Below are positions 54,601 through 64,000 of a DNA stretch of 64,000 nucleotides, one piece after another. The notes beneath the pieces were generated by a model. That model searched no databases, was not told where the DNA came from, and saw only the letters and a program-made list of their open reading frames with translations. The stretch covers positions 186,001 through 250,000 of the forward strand of contig NW_020843644.1 of assembly GCF_003704095.1 (NCBI RefSeq), given 5' to 3'. Source of the DNA: Pocillopora damicornis (Eukaryota). Within the stretch, counting starts at the first letter, position 1, and each line of letters begins with the position of its first letter. The translations under genes and the position numbers were made by a program.

Positions 54601-57600
54601 TAACCCAAACTCATTTGAACAAAGCTGTTTTCTAAATTTAAATAATTTACCTCGGTGGGTTATCTTCAAGTTCTTCAAGTCTCTCCTCAATACGAAGCTG
54701 CTCCTCTGCCATTTCATCATATTCCTTTAATTGGATTTATCAAAAAAATAAAATCATGAGTGTTTTTTTATCTTTGCAAAAACAGCCATGGAACTTTTTA
54801 TCCTTCAAACCCACCATAATGTACTTACCCTGCAAAGGGCATTCAGGTCTCTTAGCTTGCTTTTCACCAAAAACTCTGATGTGACATCCCTGTTAAGAAA
54901 TTCAATAATCAGAATTATAACCTTGACACTTGAAGAATATTCAGAAAAAGCAAAACACAAACAAAGAAAACAAAAAGATCCTTGCTAAAATCAAATGCAT
55001 TTATAAATTGCACTTACAAAAATACTGGAAATTAAGATGAGTATGCAATTGAATGTAGCTCACACACTAACATTCTTGTGATCAGAAAATGTGTTTCTAT
55101 CTTTTATGGGGCAAGAGCTGTGCCATACCAGAGCTTTAAAGAGCAATTGTTGTTGGAAATTGTCTGTCATGGAATTCAAAATTAACCTTAATCACTAGGA
55201 TGTGAATTGCAATTCTCCCTCCTCATTACGATAGAGCAATTAAAAAAGTTCAGTGTATGATTAAGCCTCCAAATGGTAATTTATTTATCTCTTCTTATGA
55301 CCTGTCTGCTGGATAAAGTGCAATTACCATTCAGAGAGCAAGTTACCTGTTTGACACTTTTGGCAGTACAAAAATGAAAAATTTTGACATTGTGCTATAC
55401 CTTGGTTCTTTGACCTTGAGGGCCTCTTGGTATTCCTTATGAGTTTGCTTGACTTTCTCCTTAGTCTGCACCATCTGATAATAAAAAGCAAAACAATACT
55501 TCATCAATCACAGGTCAGAGAGGTACACTAAATACAGAAAGACTCAACCACAGAAAACCCAGAGTATGTAACATGGTGATCCCCAAGTAAAACTAATTTA
55601 CCTGGGCTAAGTTAGCCTTCAGTTGCTCTTGAATATTGAGAATCTTTTTTGCATGTTCGATCTGCTGCTCCTTAACATGCCTCTCTTGCATCCTGAAATC
55701 AAACCAGTACATACATTTGAACTCAATAGACCAAATTTAGATGAATAAACAGGTTTGCTCTTATTTGGAGGAATTCTCTTAAAATGGTACAAATGATAAG
55801 GTTACTTGCTGTAAACAAAATGAATCAATCATACTACACAAAAGATATAATTATTTTAACTAATTTTAGCTGTGCCAATCAATGCATAACACCAAAATCA
55901 GCCAAGATAACAAAGAATTAGCTATAAACTGGACTAGTCAGTTTATAACCATATAAATTCATTGGTAACTAACTTGATCACAAGTTCCAGGGCATGGCCC
56001 AAAGACACAGGTTTGCTGTTCATGTAGTTAAAGTCAATTTGATGTGACAAATATGATGTGGCTTCCAGCAACCTGTTGAACTCCCTTTCCACCATCTCAT
56101 CTTTCTCTTTAGGTACCTGCAGAAAAATGTGATTAATGGGGGAAAACACTAGTGATAAAGTCACAATTGCTTCTTGTTTCGCATCTGATTGCTTAAGAAG
56201 GAGGTGTGTTTTCTGTACCAATAACAGAACAAAGTAAAGCCAAACTAGAGCAATCCCAAATTCCTTTCAACACTTAGTTGAAAGTTACTCTAAATCATGT
56301 GACACAAGAAAACATATGATTGTATAAATTAATGACAAAACTTGTATTTACACATAAAAATGATACACACAAATGCTTAAGAATGGAATTCACTGAATGG
56401 ATGTATTTCTATTGCCAGCAATTTATAAGCTGTGTTTTTTTAAGCTCACCTTTACCAAGAAGGCTTATTTGCAAAAAGAGGAAAGAGTTTTGAGAGTTGC
56501 TAATTTACATTTATTAAGAGTGGTTTTATGGTTTATATGCTGAGAGAAGAGAGCAGGAAAAACAAAAGAAGCTGAGCGCATTTTAAAAAAAAAATGTTTA
56601 GCAATAGGTGTTGGTGACTGGGTAAGAATGAACGCAATAGACAAGTGCATGATGGTACACGTACAATGAATGGCATATTGACTTCATTCTGGTGAAAAAG
56701 AGGAAAGCCTACCCTCACAGCAGCAAGCCGGCTGTTGGCCTTCTTTTCAAGTGGGCCCTTCAGGAAAAAATCAAATGTTAACTTTGGTTCGTTTAAAACA
56801 AGGTGTATGTTGTCATTCCAGGTTTAGTTTAATTTAACATTTCTTGACTGTTATGTTAAATTTATTTTACCTTTTTTTTTAATTTTTACCCTATTTTTAG
56901 TGACCAGACATTCTATAACATCATTATATTGCTGATTACAATAAATTCATACATGTAACTTATAATCCATTGTACATGTACCATTGGCACTTGCCAGAAC
57001 TGTTAGCAACTTTCTAATGTTTTGATTAACACAATTTTGTGTCTGCTTAAACAGGTGATTTTGACTTTTCTCAAATAAAAAATAAGCAAAAAAGTCAGGG
57101 TGTAAAATTCAAATAGGGTAATTTAGAATAAAAACCAGCTTTTCAGTTCATTTAAAACATCAGTGTTACAATGTAGACTGATTCAGTCTACTCTTTTTCC
57201 CAATTACTATTAGTGGACAATGAAGAAGTTGAAAACATGTCTGAAAAACCATAACCTTGAACTGAACAAACTGTACAAAGCTTTACAGGTGCATACACGT
57301 CAGGTTACTCAAACAGCAAGTTAAGAAGTTTTAAGTTTAAACTTTCCAAACCTAACCACACCAAACTATAATAGTTATAATAATAAATTGTTATAATTTA
57401 AATATTTAGGGAAAAATTTAAGTTTGAAATAAACTGCTAGGTAAAAGTTCATCACCCTAATAAACAGTAATTACTGGAGCCAATATTTCATAATAGCAAG
57501 ACAATAAAACCTCATCTTTTTGGAAGGCAAGAAGTAAACTTTGTAAAGGGAAGTGAATTTTGTACATTATTTACAATCAGAAATTCCTCTTAAACAAAAT

Positions 57601-60600
57601 GTCAAACCAATTTTCAGGCTGAGGAATACTATTGTTGATGACAAATTACATTCAAACTGTAATTCTTCCAAACTCTTTTTTCAGCCTAAAATGATTGCTA
57701 ACCATCCAACACATTGAAAAAGGTATTTTAAATTGGCTCTTTTATTGAACACAGGTGGTAAATGATCAAGGTCCAATTCTCAGAAATTGATTTTTGGTTA
57801 TGAAAATCCTAAATACATTTGACACTTAAGATGCTAACCTTTGATGACAACAGCATCATTTTTGACCACCAGTGAAATACTAGCTTGTGCTGAAAAGTCA
57901 TTAATTTCATAAGTTTCAAAACAAGACACAGTTCATACCGACTTTCCATGAGTTTCATACAATGGACACTTTTGTCTAATCTTATGAAGATCCATATTGA
58001 TTTGATTTGCCAGAACTGTCAAAGGATTTCCCCCTGCAATAAAAGAATGACTCCCTCAGCAAGTTTTCCTTTGTTGGTTATCATTTTTGACATACCCTTA
58101 TCAACAGGCAAGCCAAATAAAGTAAATCCTTTCTTCTGATTGGCTAGCCAAGAGGAATATTCGTTAATTTTTAAATAAATATATTTTTTCCTTTAATGAC
58201 CAGCAGGGTCATTCAAAACCTAAAGCCCTGCAAGCCATGAGCTTAAAGGAGAAAGGAAGAAAGAGCCACAGTCACAATTATGATAAAATGTTTATTGAAT
58301 GAGTGAGGTCAAGCTGGACAGGACGTGTCTGGCTTGCTGAGCTTGGTCAGTTTTTCTTGACCTTGAGCCTATAGTATTTTTCTGTCTGGCCCTTCCTCCC
58401 AGACAATAAGTACAAAACCTCAATGACTGTGAACAATAAACCTTGTGCTAAGATAGCCATGTAGTTTCTGGTCTCAGGTCACAGATACAAGATGTTGCAT
58501 GTAAGTGTAGATTTTATGAAGACAAATTAAAACATTTTAACGCTAACAAGTAAATAATACCAACCTAACCCAGTGAGTACCATGGCCCCAAGATCTGCAA
58601 TGTACTGTCCTTTACGGAATGTTGCTACCCTTCCTCCCACACGTTCCTGCAAGCAATACCAGATTTTAAGTAATAATTATTGATAATACCACAACAAATA
58701 TTCAACTATCAACAAATTACCCATTAAAATAATTCTTGAGATATTTTAAATTTCAACCAACTGAGTGTTTGAGAGTAATGCTGCCTTACCCTCGCTTCTA
58801 CAATAGTGACCTCAATTCCAAAAGACTGTAACTGCCGTGCAGCTGCAAGACCAGAGATTCCTGAACCAACAACTATCACTTTGGGTGACTTTTTTACTAA
58901 AAAGGGAACCATACATTCACTTAACACTTATAAACTATATTCAACTCATGTCAGAAGTATTCAAATACGATAGGTATAAAAATTAAAAGTAACAGCCAAA
59001 TTTTTCCTCCCATAAAGAAGAGTATAATTCCTGAAAACCACACCACTATGACTGGCTTCTGATTCAAACCCAAACCCTGGATAAAATTATTAGTTTTTCA
59101 GGGTTCTTCAAGGAATTTTTTTTATGTTGATGTAACACAGGTAAAATCACAGATCTTGGACATAAGGTTATAGCTGGCACCCTGAATTTATCATGGCCCA
59201 CACTTTTATATATATAAAAAAAGATTGACTCCCAACTGTTTGGATATACCTGAATGCACCCAGCTTGTTAGAAAGTGTCTATTCATGGTTATTTTGTATT
59301 AAAGTTCTTAGCTTATAGATGCACAAGCACAATGAAATCTCCACAGAAACATGTCTGTGCAGAAAGTATTGTTCTTCTGATCTGGTCTACAAAAAATTAT
59401 TTGTGTGTCACATAAATGGTATGGTCTACATATTTCTCAAATACAACAACTTTGATTATGGATAATGAAGAAGTCCAAGATGAATGCTTAATCAAGATCA
59501 CTAACCTCACATGTCATTCAAGGATTACACACACTGTGTAGCATATACATGTAGGATCAATATATACTGACATTTTACCCTTTATTATAAGTTCTACTTA
59601 CATGCAGCTGGCATCTTAAGAACCTTGTAAATTCCAAAGTTTATCAAGCCATATCGTGAAAGGAAGGCATGTACTCTGGCTGCAAGTTTGGGATCACCTA
59701 CAGGGAAAGCAAACAAAAATTATCAATTTTCATAGCCAGACATAAACCTATTTAGGTTCTACGTGCATTTCATTTTACACAAGTAGCAATGAAAAATTGT
59801 AAACCTTGTGAAATGTCATTAAGGAAATATGTACACAAGCTATCTCTGAGTTACCAGTAACAGGTTTAAATCTGCACAATGATTCCAAATTCAGGAGTTT
59901 CTTTCAGGTTTGTGTGATCTTTGTGGAATGCCACAAAGATATTTTAACTAAATAGTTTGTGATCTTGTGTGTAATCTGAAAAAAGCAACATGCCACCTTT
60001 GACAACTTGGCCATTTACTATAATAATTTCTTATTTGCTTTAAACTTTCAGACAGATTGAAAAGCTATCATAAAAATGTAAAAAAAAAGACATTAAGAGA
60101 ATGTACAAGGGGAAGAACTTACTATTTTGAGGGTCCATTTGTGACATTGCATGCTCCAATGTCATCTGTTGTCGTGGGTTTTCAACCCATAGTTGTAGCT
60201 TACATTGGTAAAAAAAACAACAACAACTTCATCAAACTTTAAGCGAAGAATTACTATGCACTATGTCTGATAGTGACTGAGGGGTAATATCTATAGGTGT
60301 CATATTTTAAAATTTTCCTTGATTAACATGTTTTGCACCAGTTTATTTTTCACTTCCTAACTTTTTTATCATGATAATTAATCAACACCAGACAAAGAAA
60401 AATCAAAATCAAACTGATCTGCAGAATCTCATCAAGACAATTTTGAACCACAAAATCCATAGGTAAATTACAATAATTTTCAAAAGAAGTAAAATCCATC
60501 AATTAAAATAGGATAAAATTTAATTGATTTCGCATACCATTCTATTCCTGATGTATAAAAACTGTTTCTGGACAGGGGGAGGGCCCTGAGAGACATCTGG

Positions 60601-61674
60601 GAAACATGATGCCTCTTGTGATGTCATCTTATCAAAAGGCAATCTACTTTGGAAAGCTGCACCCTCAAGTCCTGTAAGTGTAAATGTTGTTAGTTGAAAG
60701 GGACTCCCAGTTAAAATAATTCCATACAGGGAATGTCCATTTGTTTTATCTACATTTAAGAATTTAAATTATCTTCCTGAGACCAAAGGAATTAAAACTT
60801 CAAATGTCTTAAAATTATTTTGACCTGAATTCACTTGAAACTATAACAATTATGCTGAAATTTAAAATGAATTTCAGTTAAAAGCAATTCTTAATTGATG
60901 TTAGTTGTGCCACTATGTTGCCTCAATGGGAGCTCTACAGTTGAAAGGGCTTTGAATAATAACAACTAATGACAAAAGCCAGAAAGTGGATTTGACAAAG
61001 CCACAAAATTACAAACATATGGTTAGTGGCTGAGGGTTCCTGCAAGGAAAAATGTCATGGAATACTATGAATCTTTCAAGCATTTGAATGAACAGTTTCG
61101 AGAAATATAAGAAAACAAGACAGATATGAGGCACAAGCAAAAATAGAGAAATACTGAGGATTGCACTATAATGTTTCAACTCCCTTAACAAAACACTGAG
61201 TGCACAATTTATCATGTTAACTAGCTCCATGATGCATGTGGATCATGTCAAATTCAACATGGCCATAAAACATGACTCAGACATGTGATGAATGGAATGA
61301 TCTCTCTAAAACTGCATCAACATGCTTGTTAACTGCAGCATAAATCACACAATTTGAGCTTTACTTCTCCTTCATTGAACTCCAACAAGATTTAAGCATA
61401 AACCTAGCACAGTATACTTGAAAATAATGATATTGACTTGACTATTTCTTAAGTTTGGACGACTAATACAATAGCTCTAGCTGCTATAAAACAAAGAGAA
61501 CTAGCCTTCAGGAACATCTTCTTCATCATCCTCCTCTTCTACTTCACGTGGTTCTTCAGCCTCCATAACTGGAGGGACTGGTGATGCCCTTGTGGTGGTT
61601 CTGATGATTTCATCATCCGACATTTCCTCGTCCGTCAAGTTAGCTAATTTTACATCTACTTCTGTGTATTCCAC
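51638..61674 (-). CDS. KDM1A: Lysine-specific demethylase 1A (LSD1), 5' end uncertain. Exons 61674-61506, 60671-60538, 60198-60123, 59697-59602, 58896-58790, 58646-58565, 58033-57939, 56116-55974, 55692-55602, 55474-55401, 54889-54829, 54724-54651, 54434-54190, 53541-53348, 52894-52652, 51970-51638 (738 aa in these exons)
   Basis: SWIRM ([12 protein letters not shown]...[11 protein letters not shown]), FAD-binding [23 protein letters not shown], Tower helix, [39 protein letters not shown] and [29 protein letters not shown]. Frame is continuous across all 16 exons. Confidence 0.96.
53665..53935 (+). repeat. Degenerate purine-rich AAACAGGA-type repeat in a KDM1A intron
   Basis: Many ACAGGAA units. 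This explains the Phe/Leu/Ser-rich antisense ORFs here. Confidence 0.65.
56713..56757 (-). CDS. KDM1A: Candidate alternative 45-nt KDM1A cassette exon ([15 protein letters not shown])
   Basis: Acceptor ttttttcctgaag, donor AGG|gtaggc, phase 0/0 matching both flanking exons, no stop codon. Confidence 0.45.
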
Positions 61675-64000
61675 CTGAAGTAAACAAAATCCATTGCTCA
61701 ATTAAATCAATATTTTTCTAACACAATCACCAACAACAGTAGCACAAAAGAAGGACTTTATTTCCTACATAGTTCAAACATTTGATATCAACTTGGCAAC
61801 CCAAAAACCAAAAAGACTTTGAGATCTTCTCTCACATGGAAAAGGTATACAATTCATACAAACTCAAAACATAAACAATTTTCATGGACATGCCAACTTA
61901 AGTCAAAAAAAGTCAATGTCAATGTCAATGCAGCACTGACTCAATAAATGGATAGAAATTCAGAAAGATTCCATTTTGAAATCACCGGTGATCCTTATAA
62001 TCTGATTGGCTCTCAAAAGTTTGATTTAATATCATCATTTTATTTTTTTTTTTGCATTAAACCGCATATTTTTCCTAACCAAAGAGAAAGCTTTTTAATG
62101 ACTAAAATGCAACAATCAATCAGAATTCAAGGCTTGTTTAAAGTAACAAATCAGTTTGTAGGAGAATGACTGAAACCTTTTGTAGGCTCATTACTAGATC
62201 AATAAAATAATTGTACTGAATTTTAAGATTTCAAAATGGATGTAATAAAGTGGTAATTAAACTGAATCAAAAGCCATTTTGGTCTGAAATCATACTTGTC
62301 CCACCAAACTGCACTCCACTCAGTTCAATTACCATTAATTGTTGTAAGTCACCTTCAAAGCAGACATGACCTTCACACTGGAGCTAAGTAGCATTGTGAA
62401 ACAAGAGGTTGCTTTCTAACTACTGAGAACTGTGATCACAATAATCACTATCAATGCTCAATAAAATTACTTGATCTAAAATCTATAACATTTAATTCTT
62501 TATCACTGAATGATTCAAACAAAAAAGGGACAAACTCCAATAAACACAAACACAAATATGTAGAGCAACCATAGAAGTAGAACTGGATCTAAAAAAGTGG
62601 TGGGTCCCCAGGTTTGGTATAATTCGAGTACAGTTGAAGCAAGCATGATTGGTGTCAAACAGAGTTCATTGAACCCCTTGGCTTTAGCCAGCAAGGACAA
62701 AAGGATTTCTTGGCATCACAGTCAAGAGTGTCCACTCAGGCAATAGAACACAAAGTTACGTAATAAGGCATCTTGCCTGGCCTCACTGATGGCTTAAATG
62801 CATACAAAAAAAAAATTCACAATTCCCATCATCAACTGCAATATTTCAACTCTCAGGTGATGTAAATAAAACAATTATTTTTAATTTAGACAAGGAAACT
62901 GGCACATAAATTTAACTAAATTCATGCAACAAAAAATCTTAGAAAAGGAAGCCTTTAGGGATGTGATATTTACGTTCAAATTCTGTGTAGCTGTTTCATA
63001 AATGCAAGATAGTTTGCAAAACAAAGGCATAGAAAAAGCTACTAGGCGTTGAATAAATGATCAGGAAAATATATTTTGTATCTAGCAAATTTTTCTTTAC
63101 ACTTTATGGTTACTCTCCTCTCCTCAGTACAGTATCTTTTCAATACGACTGTGTTGACTACATGCCAGTATGAAAAATAATGCTTAAATTTAAGCGCTAG
63201 ACAGAAATAATCAGCGCGAAAATTCATCAAAATTAACAGCTGAACACATGGAGAACGCGTGTTAGCTCATAAATACATTCACCGATTGCTTCGCTGTCTG
63301 AAGAAGAACACAAAGTGTTTCCGTTCTCTCGATCATTTTTATCTTTCTTATTTCACCCCCNNNNNNNNNNAAAAATAAACCACAATCGGGGAATACAGTC
63401 AATTTTAGACATAAAACCATGAATCTTCTTTAAATCGAGTTCAGAGAGCGTACGGAAGGAGTTCTGTTGTGTAACATTGGACAATTCGCTTACCTCCATT
63501 GTCAGAAAACGACAAATCACGCGCGGCGATTTCGGACAGAAATGGTTCGAATCCCTATCTGTTTCGCGTAATAAAAGGCACACGATTTATCGGAAATTTT
63601 GACAGGAATTTCCAAGCAAAAACGATGTTTGGGTCGTGGCTAGGAACAAGCGAAAAATCATCAGTCATTCCCCAATCTTCCCGCGGACAAAGGCTCCCGA
63701 GTGACCACTCCACTATAAAATATGTAAACAATCCAAACGCGCAAAGCCGAAAAAAAAATGAGTGATTTATTCGATGTTCCGGGAAAAAAAAGCAGCGATA
63801 GCCCTTTAATCAACTTAACGAGACGAAAGCTTGAACACTGGCTGAACATAACGAAGGAATTGTACATTTGCCGAGGAAATCTTCAAACGACTCCAACCCG
63901 TTGCGTGTTAGTGATTACAAAGTTTCATTGTTGACAATGTGACGTAGGGCTTCCCATTTCTGGTTTCAAAATCTTGTCGAAAATCTCTCATTTACTCTCA

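Noticed and set aside
57240-57300. Possible 6-nt microexon (cag|TTCAAG|gttatg, minus strand) in the same KDM1A intron
   Set aside because: Weak donor, and such short matches are expected by chance.

Overview
Eukaryotic, AT-rich, intron-containing genomic DNA. Gene content and repeat families suggest a cnidarian, probably a scleractinian coral (inference). Bases 1-16 kb are a repeat graveyard: direct and inverted duplicated blocks, a decayed DDE-integrase gene converging on a HECT E3-ligase remnant, a hAT remnant and a tRNA-derived SINE. Bases 18-28 kb hold two tandem SLC16/MCT-like transporter genes. The first is frameshifted and lacks a visible exon 1. Palindromic Penelope-like inserts lie between and within them, and the complete copy carries minimal hammerhead-ribozyme motifs. 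Bases 31-64 kb are a dense housekeeping and stress cluster: TAF12(-)/TRAPPC3(+) head-to-head, an intronless BAG3-like gene(-)/DNAJB1-4-like gene(+) head-to-head with heat-shock elements, and KDM1A/LSD1(-). The most notable observations are (i) a candidate in-frame 45-nt cassette exon in KDM1A, in the same intron that holds the vertebrate neuro-specific microexon 8a, and (ii) an HSE-bearing bidirectional BAG3-like/DNAJB co-chaperone module. Exon boundaries were read manually from splice signals and frame continuity, with no transcript or database support.
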